Position numbers and translations under genes: made by a program
The notes under the pieces: generated by a model
What the model saw: the letters and a program-made list of their open reading frames with translations, nothing else
What the model was told of the DNA's origin: nothing
Database searches by the model: none
Virus record (IMG/VR): IMGVR_UViG_3300028920_002938
Coordinates: 2,891-66,890 of that record
DNA length: 64,000 nucleotides
Reading direction: 5' to 3' (one strand)
Source: a virus
Shown: positions 51,480 to 60,334 of the stretch, one piece after another
How the letters are laid out: each line of letters starts with the position of its first letter
How positions within the stretch are numbered: position 1 is the stretch's first letter

Positions 51480-51857
51480 CATTCCCAACCTATTATTTAA
51501 TTTGGGAGATTATCTAATAGGTTTAAAATAAATCTTATTTTCACACTTAAATCTTAGATAGGTTTTAAAGGTTTAACTATCCAGAATAGTTGCGATATAT
51601 CAGTATATACAAGTTATTACTGATGACAACAGGTGTTCGATAGAATAGGTATCTTAGATTTTTTAGGTTATGTTGATAGTATTATCATATTCTGTAACCC
51701 AACCTATTCTATCTAAAATCTCAAATACATTATGCTTATACTTTAGTTTCAATACTAAGTATAGGATTTAAACAATAGGTTTCTTGTTCTTTAGCAGGTT
51801 TCTTTATCCTATATTTTCTTTATCACCAAAATAAAAAAGAAAACCTGCTTTTTTTCT
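51480..51857 (+). ncRNA. Candidate structured non-coding RNA or long leader
   Basis: ORF-free; several inverted repeats; ends in a stem plus T-tract. Confidence 0.4.
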
Positions 51858-51937
51858 CCTATTATTTAGACTTACTATATGTAAGAGTGGCTTATAGTTC
51901 CCACTTTAAATAGAATAACTTAAAAGGAGTAAATATT

Positions 51938-52126
51938 ATGGCAAATATTGTAAAGTTAGGGCAATCTAAAAATGGTAACCCTAAGGTTGCTGTTGAAGTA
52001 GGCACTATTACAGGCACAGTAGGAAAGTCATCTAAGGGTAATAAAACCATTAGACTATTTGGTAGTCATGTAATAGACGGAAAAATTTACTACCTAACTG
52101 GTAATCTTACACAAGGTAGTAAATAA
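51938..52126 (+). CDS. Small Gly/Lys-rich beta protein, possibly nucleic-acid binding
   Basis: AGGAG RBS; internal repeat GQSKNGNPKV/GKSSKGNKTI. Confidence 0.7.
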   Translation: MANIVKLGQSKNGNPKVAVEVGTITGTVGKSSKGNKTIRLFGSHVIDGKIYYLTGNLTQGSK

Positions 52127-52235
52127 TCTTGCTGATTACTTCTATTAAGTTAGTGCTATCCCTAAAGCACAATTAAATTAGTGCTTTAAATGACATGACG
52201 GGATAGGCGTAATCCTATCATTTTATTTTAAGGAG

Positions 52236-52664
52236 ATGATATACTTGGCTACTATACCAAAGTATGTATATGAAGATCTTAAGAGTAAAGCAAATCAAAA
52301 AGTGAATAGAATAGTTGATGAAATAATAGAACCATTAAGAGAAAGAATAGAAAAAGAAAAAAAGGATATGGAAAATGAATTAGTAAGTAATATTACTAAT
52401 AATATTAAAAAGTTTAAAACAAGTGTGCAAAAAAACTATAGGTCATCATACATTGAGATAGATATTCCAAAAGAATATCATAATAAAATGTATAAAAAAT
52501 TCAGAGATTTAGATAATAAACTAAATGCAATTAAGACACAAATACATGAAGATTTACATGAACAAGTAGATACATGGCTATTAAGTATATACTCAAAAGC
52601 AAGTGATAATCAGGTAATAAAATTACCAGAGTTTAAAATAGACAAAGGAAAATATAAACTATGA
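52236..52664 (+). CDS. Hypothetical coiled-coil protein
   Basis: 142 aa ORF with AGGAG RBS. Confidence 0.7.
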   Translation: MIYLATIPKYVYEDLKSKANQKVNRIVDEIIEPLRERIEKEKKDMENELVSNITNNIKKFKTSVQKNYRSSYIEIDIPKEYHNKMYKKFRDLDNKLNAIKTQIHEDLHEQVDTWLLSIYSKASDNQVIKLPEFKIDKGKYKL

Positions 52665-53210
52665 TTGTATATTGTGAATGTGTATCCTGCAAATACAATA
52701 ATAATAAGCGATGTTTAGTAGATGATATACTTGTAATTGAAGAAAAAGGTCATTGTAAAAATAGAGTGATAAACTATGAGTGAATTAGGCAATTGTTCAT
52801 TATGTAAAAAACCATTACGCAAATACTATTGTTGCTGTGGGGGTAAAAAGTATTTAGGATGTAGTGATTTATCTGGTTGTGGATATAAAAAGGAGATAGA
52901 TTAAATGGATTACTTACTATTAGGAACAGTTATCTTCATCGGAACATTTATTGCAAGATTAGTATATGATTTAATTAAAAAGAAAATGTATCGGGTATTA
53001 AAATGAGAAAACATAAGTGCATATATATATGGGATTCGAATGAAGAAGGATATTACTGTAGAATATGTGGTAGATTTTATAGACCTAAAAAAAGACTATC
53101 TTCAGGGGTTGATTATGGAGAAAAAAATATGTCAAGATTGTAAAATGATGAATGATATTAAGAATAAAGAATGCTGGGTATGTGGATATAGATTTAAATC
53201 AGATGATTAA
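52661..53210 (+). other. Cluster of tiny coupled ORFs (Cys-rich 52661..52783 and 52776..52904, then a small TM ORF and further CxxC ORFs)
   Basis: MIVYCECVSCKYNNNKRC..; MSELGNCSLC..GCSDLSGCGY; overlapping start/stop codons. Confidence 0.55.
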
Positions 53211-53212
53211 AA

Positions 53213-53542
53213 ATGGCATGGATTAGTGAAGAAAAGAAAAGAGAAAAGAGAAATGCAAGAAGAAGAATGATATACAGGGTAGCAAAAGACTATGTTAAAA
53301 ATATAAATAGACAATTCTATAATGAAGAAGTAGTAGAAAGATTAGGAACATTTGACACATCACCATATAGGGGTGAAGTTAGTAAAATAATAAGAGATAA
53401 AAATGGTAATCCAGATTGGGAAAAAGAAAAGAAATTTGTAAAGAAACTAAAGAAAAGAACATTAAACAAAAGATATAGATATGATTATAAACCTACAGAA
53501 GGAGATAAAAAAAGAAATAGAAAATTAAAATATGAGGAATAA
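53213..53542 (+). CDS. Basic hypothetical protein
   Basis: 109 aa Lys/Arg-rich ORF. Confidence 0.65.
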   Translation: MAWISEEKKREKRNARRRMIYRVAKDYVKNINRQFYNEEVVERLGTFDTSPYRGEVSKIIRDKNGNPDWEKEKKFVKKLKKRTLNKRYRYDYKPTEGDKKRNRKLKYEE

Positions 53543-53789
53543 AATGATAATAACATTTCTATATTTAGTGGTATGCTTTATATCGGATACTATATCAGTT
53601 AATACAGATATCTTTATACCACTTATTGTAATAGAAGGAATAGTAAATATAGCATACTATATATTTAGAACAGATTAAAGGAGATAGAATGAGTAGAGAT
53701 AGTGAAGATTGTATATGTTTAGGAATAGGATTTGCAATAGGTATCTTTGTAACTTCAATGTTTTGTATATTTTAAAAGGAGAAAAGAAT

Positions 53790-54059
53790 ATGGGAACAAA
53801 TTATTATATAGTATGTAATTGTTGTAATACTGCATTAAAACATATAGGAAAACAAAGTGCAGGTTGGGATTTTCTATCTAACATATCAAAGAATGACTTG
53901 ATTGATTATATTAAGAATATGGATAAACAATGGCATATACAAGATGAATATGGAAAGGATTATACATTAGAACAATTTCTTAAAAAAGTTACAGATAAGT
54001 GGAGATTACATGAATCCTGTAGACAATGGTTTAATGCAGGTGAAAGTGGTTGGTGTTAA
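53790..54059 (+). CDS. Conserved phage hypothetical protein (MGTNYY..HIGK.S.GW.F type)
   Basis: Start reassigned to the ATG at 53790 after AGGAG. Confidence 0.7.
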   Translation: MGTNYYIVCNCCNTALKHIGKQSAGWDFLSNISKNDLIDYIKNMDKQWHIQDEYGKDYTLEQFLKKVTDKWRLHESCRQWFNAGESGWC

Positions 54060-54225
54060 ATTGTTTTGTGAAGATTGCACAGAAAGATTAACTGAAAAGG
54101 AAAAAGAAAAGTGTGATTTAAAATACAAAGGTAGACATTACTATTGTAGTATATGCAGAAAGATTGATTGAAATGTTTAGAAAAAAGAAAAGAAGATACA
54201 CATTAGAATTAAAGCAAACTCAAAT

Positions 54226-54471
54226 ATGGGCTTTAAAATAGAAGGTGATATTATAACAACACAAAAAGTATATGGATACTGCACAAAGTGTAGGCAAAGA
54301 ATAATAAGTGTCACTAAGTCAGATCAAGTAGATAATAAGAATGATTTATACTACTGTTCTCATTGTGATGCTTATAGAACATTTGACTTTAGTATATCTA
54401 CTAAAGTTAAAAAGGCAAGTGATAAACTAAAAAATGTTATATTAGAAAATGAAGATAAGAAGGTGAAATAA
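54226..54471 (+). CDS. Zinc-ribbon protein
   Basis: CTKC..CSHC. Confidence 0.6.
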   Translation: MGFKIEGDIITTQKVYGYCTKCRQRIISVTKSDQVDNKNDLYYCSHCDAYRTFDFSISTKVKKASDKLKNVILENEDKKVK

Positions 54472-54767
54472 TGAGTGAACCAAAAATAAAATTGAAAGTA
54501 TTAGAAATACCTTATGAAGATTTTTGTTCTTGGTATTTTGACAAAAACACTATTGAAACAACAATAGAAAATTTGATAGCTTCTGGTTATGAAGATGTAG
54601 AAGAAATTGCCAATAATGTTGGATATATGCCTTTGAGCTTAATTATTAATCAGGAGATTATTGATAAACATGATGTATTTGAAGGTGTTGAATTGAATGG
54701 GGAACTTATAGGAATAAAATATAAAGTAAAATTATTAAACAATCCAAAAGAAACTAAGGAGGACTAA
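54471..54767 (+). CDS. Acidic hypothetical protein
   Basis: GGTGA RBS, coupled ORF. Confidence 0.65.
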   Translation: MSEPKIKLKVLEIPYEDFCSWYFDKNTIETTIENLIASGYEDVEEIANNVGYMPLSLIINQEIIDKHDVFEGVELNGELIGIKYKVKLLNNPKETKED

Positions 54768-54768
54768 A

Positions 54769-55038
54769 ATGAAAAAAATTGAAAAAGAAACAATAGAAGT
54801 AGATGTATATTATAGTGATTTCTCAAACAAAAAAATTGAGGAATATGATCGGCATTTTCATCAATGTGTAAAATGTGGAAAACATATGGCAGATGATGAA
54901 ATTGGAGATACTGAAGAAGATGGTAGTCTTTGTAAAAAATGCTGGGAAGCAGGTTATTCATTTGACTACAATTCAGAACCAGGTGCAGTAGGAATAATTG
55001 ACAAAGATGGAAATTCTGTAAAAGCACAATGGCTATAA
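54769..55038 (+). CDS. Zinc-finger hypothetical protein
   Basis: CVKCG..LCKKCW; GGAGG RBS. Confidence 0.65.
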   Translation: MKKIEKETIEVDVYYSDFSNKKIEEYDRHFHQCVKCGKHMADDEIGDTEEDGSLCKKCWEAGYSFDYNSEPGAVGIIDKDGNSVKAQWL

Positions 55039-55053
55039 AATAAATAAAAGGAG

Positions 55054-55272
55054 ATGATAAAAATGGTAGAAGTAGAAGTATATTTAGATGATGAATTCGA
55101 AACAGATGTAGAGATAAATCCAAATGAAATGACACATGATGAAAAGGAAGAATTAATATCTGCTTTAAAACAGGGAAAGAAATATATACTAAAAGGGATA
55201 ACTGTTCATATAGTAGGAACAACATATTCAGAATATGAACCTGAACCAATGTATAATGAGGGATACTATTAA
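55054..55272 (+). CDS. Acidic hypothetical protein
   Basis: 72 aa; GGAG RBS. Confidence 0.6.
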   Translation: MIKMVEVEVYLDDEFETDVEINPNEMTHDEKEELISALKQGKKYILKGITVHIVGTTYSEYEPEPMYNEGYY

Positions 55273-55511
55273 TGAAAGATAAAGAAATAATGAAATTAAG
55301 TAAGAAATGCACTACAATAAGAGATAAGATAATAAAACAAAAACTAAAAACAGAAGATGAAATACTTACACACATAAAAAAGAAAATGTCACAAGAAGAA
55401 ATAGAAGAACTTGCAAAACAATTTCTTCTTAAGGAAGCAATAAACCTTATGCTATCTGAAATGACAGAAGAATATAAAGACAATCAAGATAATGAAATGA
55501 TGTATGTGTGA
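55272..55511 (+). CDS. Hypothetical helical protein
   Basis: Coupled ORF, 79 aa. Confidence 0.6.
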   Translation: MKDKEIMKLSKKCTTIRDKIIKQKLKTEDEILTHIKKKMSQEEIEELAKQFLLKEAINLMLSEMTEEYKDNQDNEMMYV

Positions 55512-55652
55512 TAGATATGATGCCTAAAGACTTAGATGAATTAATAGCAACATTAATAAACAATGATTGGGAATATTCAGGCACACAATCATATGCAAAT
55601 GGTGTATTCTATACAAATCTCAAAAAAGGTAATGAAAAAGTGCATATAGAAT

Positions 55653-55904
55653 ATGATTGCTTTAGTGATGAATATGAATAAATGGAAAGGCAGATATATA
55701 AAAGTAATACATGGTCCACATTGTGGCACAATATTACATGTCTTAAAGTATGTCGGTAGAAACGAAGAAAATGAAGTAGAAATTATGGCAAATGAATATT
55801 GTAATAAAAGAAAAAAGAAAGAACAGATATGGATTATTGATATGCCAGAACATGAATATTGGGAATACATACCACAGGAACAGTTCGTAGCAGAACTATT
55901 GTAG
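55653..55904 (+). CDS. Small hypothetical protein (SH3/KOW-like pattern) ending FVAELL
   Basis: KGRYIKVIHGPHCG pattern; carries the shared C-terminal motif. Confidence 0.6.
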   Translation: MIALVMNMNKWKGRYIKVIHGPHCGTILHVLKYVGRNEENEVEIMANEYCNKRKKKEQIWIIDMPEHEYWEYIPQEQFVAELL

Positions 55905-56009
55905 GAATGATAGAATGAAAAAAGAAAATAAAGAATTAGAAAAAATATGGGAAGCATTGATAGAACTTCAAAATGATATTAATAGATTAAAAAATAAAAG
56001 GAGATAATT

Positions 56010-57149
56010 ATGGGTGAAGTAAAATTAAATCACACTCAATTAGAAAGTGTGATAAGAGAATATATTAAGGCTGGTGTTTCATTATATCTATGGGGAACGA
56101 CAGGTATAGGTAAAAGCCAAACTGTCGAAAAGATAGCAAGAGAGAAGGCAGAAGAATTAAAAAGGAAATTAATGATTTGGCATAAGTTAAGTAAACAGGA
56201 AAAGAATGAAGTGATTGCTAACCCTGAACACTACTACATACTTATTGACAAAAGACTTTCACAAATGGATCCATCTGACTTAAGAGGATTACCTGCACTA
56301 AATGGTAAAGATACAGTTGAATGGAAACCACCTATGTGGTTGATGGCTATATCTAATCCAAAAGCAAAAGGAATACTGTTCTTAGATGAGATTAACTTAT
56401 CACCACCAAGTTTACAATCATCTGCATATCAAATAATAAATGACCATGCATTAGATGAGTTAAGTATTTCAGATGATGTTGCTATCATAGCAGCAGGAAA
56501 TAGAAAATCAGATAGAGCAAATACATTTGAAATCCCAAAACCATTACAGAATAGATTTGGTCATGTTATACTAAAGGTTCCACATATAGATGATTGGATT
56601 AATTGGGCAATCAAACACGATATAGATTCTAGAATTATAACATTCCTAAAATTTAAGAATACTGCACTATTTAGATTTGACCCAGATAGTAAGGAACATG
56701 CGTTTCCTACACCAAGAAGTTGGGGTGAATTTTGTAATAGACTTATAAAAGGAAAACCAGATAAGACAGAAGAACAGAGAGATATAATCAAAATGCTTTC
56801 ATCATCTGCAATAGGTAGTGGAACTTCAATTGAGTTTGTTGCATTCCTTAAATTAAAGGAAAGTATAGACTTGAATAAAATACTAAGGAATCCACAAGAA
56901 GTAGAAAGCATAAAACAACTTGACTTAAAGTATTCACTTATATCATTGATATCTGAATGGTATGAAAAGAATTTCAAAAGGGAAGATTTGGAAAAGGTAT
57001 TACAAATTGCATCACATATGGAAGATGAATTTGCTATCCTTCTATTAGGTATGGCAAGAGAAAAACATAAATCTTCATTTATGAATCAAGTAGTTAAAAT
57101 AGATATATGGAAAAAAATTAATGAAAAATATGGTATCTATCTAATATAG
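56010..57149 (+). CDS. MoxR-type AAA+ ATPase
   Basis: Walker A GTTGIGKS, DLRGLP, Walker B LFLDEIN, AAGNR, LQNRF, PTPRSW. Confidence 0.92.
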   Translation: MGEVKLNHTQLESVIREYIKAGVSLYLWGTTGIGKSQTVEKIAREKAEELKRKLMIWHKLSKQEKNEVIANPEHYYILIDKRLSQMDPSDLRGLPALNGKDTVEWKPPMWLMAISNPKAKGILFLDEINLSPPSLQSSAYQIINDHALDELSISDDVAIIAAGNRKSDRANTFEIPKPLQNRFGHVILKVPHIDDWINWAIKHDIDSRIITFLKFKNTALFRFDPDSKEHAFPTPRSWGEFCNRLIKGKPDKTEEQRDIIKMLSSSAIGSGTSIEFVAFLKLKESIDLNKILRNPQEVESIKQLDLKYSLISLISEWYEKNFKREDLEKVLQIASHMEDEFAILLLGMAREKHKSSFMNQVVKIDIWKKINEKYGIYLI

Positions 57150-57160
57150 AGTTGAATTAA

Positions 57161-58366
57161 ATGTGGAAACTAACTACAGAAAAAAAGATTACAAAAGCAA
57201 GAGTAAAACTTAATGACAGAAATCCATTCTTTGGGTATCTAACAATGAGATTAGAATTCGAAAGAAAAGATGATGAAGTTGATAGGATATCCGTTAATAA
57301 GTTTGGTCATTGCAAATACAATGGAACATTTATAGATTCACTACCACAAGAACAAATAATAGGTGCAATAGCACATGAAGTAATGCATTGTGCATTAAAT
57401 CACTTTGATAGAATGCAGGGAAAAGATAAACAATTATGGAACATATCAACAGATATAGTTATAAATGCACTACTTGCAGTAGATGGATTAGTGCCACCAA
57501 AAAATGGTTATAATCCTAATGGAGGTGGATATATAAATATTTGGGGCATTGAATTATATGAGTGCCATAAAAAGAGTGCAAATGAAGTATATGACAAACT
57601 ATATAATGCATATAAAAAACAAGAAAAATCAGGATTAGAAGAAGGATTTGACATACATATATACGATGATGATAATCAAGGTAAAGAAGGTAAGAAGAAA
57701 AATAAATCTGGTAATACTAATGATATTCCTACTGATTGGGAAAAAGAAATAGTAGAAGCAGCAACCTTTGCTAAAATGCAAGGTAAACTACCAGCAGGAA
57801 TAAAAAGACTTGTTAATGAATTGCTTGGAAATGTGATTGATTGGCGTGGATTGTTATACAAATACATACAATCAACATTACCATTTGATTATACTTGGAT
57901 TAAACCAAATAAAAAATCATATGCAACTGGAATATATATGCCAGATGTAGTAAGAGAACAAATTGATATCATATGTAGCATAGATACATCAGGTAGTATA
58001 TCTGAAGAAGAACTTACAGAATTTTCAAGTGAGTTACTTGGAATTATAAACTCATTTGAGAATATAAACCTAACAATTATATATAATGATACAGAAGTAT
58101 ATGGTCCACATAGATTACAAAATCCTACACCAAGTGATATAATTAAACTAAAACCAGAAGGTGGTGGTGGAACAAATCACATACCTGTATTTGAATGGGT
58201 AAATAAAAATAATGAGAATGCTTCATTATTAATTTGCTTTACAGATGGGTATACCTCTTATCCAAATAATTCAAGTATAGATACCATTTGGGTATTAGCA
58301 GGTCATCATTGTGATAAAGACACAATACCATTCGGTAGGGTAATAGAATTACCAAGAACACACTAG
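57161..58366 (+). CDS. DUF2201-like HExxH metallopeptidase-like domain plus VWA domain
   Basis: AHEVMHCALNH, WNISTDIVIN, MIDAS DTSGSIS, GGGGT, FTDGY. Confidence 0.9.
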   Translation: MWKLTTEKKITKARVKLNDRNPFFGYLTMRLEFERKDDEVDRISVNKFGHCKYNGTFIDSLPQEQIIGAIAHEVMHCALNHFDRMQGKDKQLWNISTDIVINALLAVDGLVPPKNGYNPNGGGYINIWGIELYECHKKSANEVYDKLYNAYKKQEKSGLEEGFDIHIYDDDNQGKEGKKKNKSGNTNDIPTDWEKEIVEAATFAKMQGKLPAGIKRLVNELLGNVIDWRGLLYKYIQSTLPFDYTWIKPNKKSYATGIYMPDVVREQIDIICSIDTSGSISEEELTEFSSELLGIINSFENINLTIIYNDTEVYGPHRLQNPTPSDIIKLKPEGGGGTNHIPVFEWVNKNNENASLLICFTDGYTSYPNNSSIDTIWVLAGHHCDKDTIPFGRVIELPRTH

Positions 58367-58376
58367 AGGTATTATT

Positions 58377-59240
58377 ATGAAATATGAAGAAATAATAGCA
58401 GAAATAGAAGAACTACAAGAAGAAGAATGTAGATATAGAAAGAAGTTAGATTATTTTGAAAAAAACAAAGACAAAATAACTGAAAAATATTTCAAAGCAA
58501 AGTGTGGAAATAAGTATAATGAGATATATGAGTTATTGTCAGAAATTAAATCATACATATATGAAGGAGGTGAAACATCTTTAACTAAACAACGTAAAAG
58601 AATGAGTTCTATGGTTATTAAATCTATACATAAATTAATTTCTAGAAAAACATTAATAGTAGAAGATGGTAACAGAGGAATATATGCAGGTCCATATGGA
58701 ATAGGTGAACAAATAAAATATTACGACAGAGCAAATCCAGTAACAAATATGTATCAATTAATACAAATATTCAAAAGGTATCCTACTGCTGATTTTGGAA
58801 AAAAGATAAAGAACTATCCAAAAAAAACACTTATTAGAGAATATCAAAAAACATTAGTCAACTATAAATTCTTAGACGATATTAGTAAGAAAATAAATGT
58901 AAATAATGCTAATATACATTTAAGAGATCCAGATAGTTCATTATCAATGAAATCAAAGATAGTATCCGAGATATCCATTTCTGTTGGTCGTTGGAGTAAT
59001 TACATAACTCTTGGTAGTAATAATTATTCTTATTATTCAGACAAGAATAATAAAATATTATTTAATACAGAAACTATAACTCCATACGAATGCTATTTAG
59101 CATCACAAGTATGGGAATATTTAAAACCAAAGTTAATTGAAATACTAGATATATTAAAACAAATATATGACAACAATGAGAAATTAAAAGAAACTATACT
59201 AGATAAACTAGGATATATATTAGTTGCACAACAATTATAG
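58377..59240 (+). CDS. Hypothetical protein ending ILVAQQL
   Basis: 287 aa; GAGGT RBS. Confidence 0.75.
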   Translation: MKYEEIIAEIEELQEEECRYRKKLDYFEKNKDKITEKYFKAKCGNKYNEIYELLSEIKSYIYEGGETSLTKQRKRMSSMVIKSIHKLISRKTLIVEDGNRGIYAGPYGIGEQIKYYDRANPVTNMYQLIQIFKRYPTADFGKKIKNYPKKTLIREYQKTLVNYKFLDDISKKINVNNANIHLRDPDSSLSMKSKIVSEISISVGRWSNYITLGSNNYSYYSDKNNKILFNTETITPYECYLASQVWEYLKPKLIEILDILKQIYDNNEKLKETILDKLGYILVAQQL

Positions 59241-59248
59241 GTGAATAA

Positions 59249-59581
59249 ATGACAATAGGTATACAAGTTCCAGATAAAATAAATATAAAAGGCTCAATAC
59301 AAAGAGGTAATCTAATTATGCTTAAGAAACACAAAGATTTATTTACTACCTATACTTGGCATAAGAATAATCCAAATGTTAATTTTATTGCTATGGTAGT
59401 AGATGTAATAAGTGGTTGGAGTTATTGCATGTTAGAACTACAAATAGTATATCCTTGTTTAGATATGGAAATGTGGATAGATGAAACATTATCATATGGT
59501 AAAGAGGATATAGAAAAGAGAATAGAATTAGAAGATTTAAATGAAGAACAATATAGTATTATAGTGGCGATGTTATTATGA
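59249..59581 (+). CDS. Hypothetical protein ending IIVAMLL
   Basis: 110 aa; GGTGA RBS. Confidence 0.7.
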   Translation: MTIGIQVPDKINIKGSIQRGNLIMLKKHKDLFTTYTWHKNNPNVNFIAMVVDVISGWSYCMLELQIVYPCLDMEMWIDETLSYGKEDIEKRIELEDLNEEQYSIIVAMLL

Positions 59582-59928
59582 AAAAAAGAATAGGATATGC
59601 ATTACTTGAAGGAATGAAAAAGAAACCCATATGGGGAACTGTTTATTCTTGGGAAACAGATATTTATATGTCGATATACTTTAATATACCAGATAATCCA
59701 GTTAATTGTAATTGGTATATGGATTTAAAAGCAAGATATAATTTTAAGACTATAGAGAAAGGAGGCTATAGGTATGGCTTTTATTATAAAATAATCTGTT
59801 CAAGAAAAATAGATGACATGAGACACTTACTTAAAGAATTAAAGAAATGGGAATATTCAGATAATAAATTTAATATTAAACTTGATGTTGATGAAGTATT
59901 AAGTTGTGCAGTATTAAATAAACTATAG
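59578..59928 (+). CDS. Hypothetical protein ending AVLNKL
   Basis: 116 aa; ATGA overlap with the upstream gene. Confidence 0.7.
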   Translation: MKKRIGYALLEGMKKKPIWGTVYSWETDIYMSIYFNIPDNPVNCNWYMDLKARYNFKTIEKGGYRYGFYYKIICSRKIDDMRHLLKELKKWEYSDNKFNIKLDVDEVLSCAVLNKL

Positions 59929-59939
59929 GAGAATATTGT

Positions 59940-60215
59940 ATGAATGATTTATTATGTAAGGAAGCAAAGAAAATAATTATTGATGTAGCCAGTGATATAA
60001 TTCAAGTAGAGGATTATAGTTACTATCTATGGCTCTTTAATAATGACAATGAAATGATTGGTGTAGTCCATGGTGGTGAAGGTAAACCATTTGAACTAAA
60101 GGTGATTAATATAGGTGATTATAAAATTGTAGACTTTCAGTTTCATAACTGGTGTGACTTTAAAGACTTTCTTAAAAATAAAATGAGAAATTATATAGTG
60201 GCGATGGCTCTATGA
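59940..60215 (+). CDS. Hypothetical protein ending YIVAMAL
   Basis: 91 aa; GGAG RBS. Confidence 0.7.
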   Translation: MNDLLCKEAKKIIIDVASDIIQVEDYSYYLWLFNNDNEMIGVVHGGEGKPFELKVINIGDYKIVDFQFHNWCDFKDFLKNKMRNYIVAMAL

Positions 60216-60334
60216 AAGAAAAATATAGATGGTATTGCTTAAAGTGTAATGAATTCTTTAGTAGTTTAGGAAATGAATTTGATTGTCCATTATGTGGAAG
60301 TCATAATATACTATTTATTAAAATATTAAAGTGA
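60212..60334 (+). CDS. 40 aa zinc-ribbon protein (not in track)
   Basis: MKEKYRWYCLKCNEFF..FDCPLCGS; overlaps both neighbours. Confidence 0.6.
   Translation: MKEKYRWYCLKCNEFFSSLGNEFDCPLCGSHNILFIKILK

Noticed and set aside
51619-51645. Hammerhead ribozyme (CTGATGA core)
   Set aside because: The following segment gives GATA rather than GAAA, lacks the closing G-C pair of stem II, and I found no convincing stems I and III.
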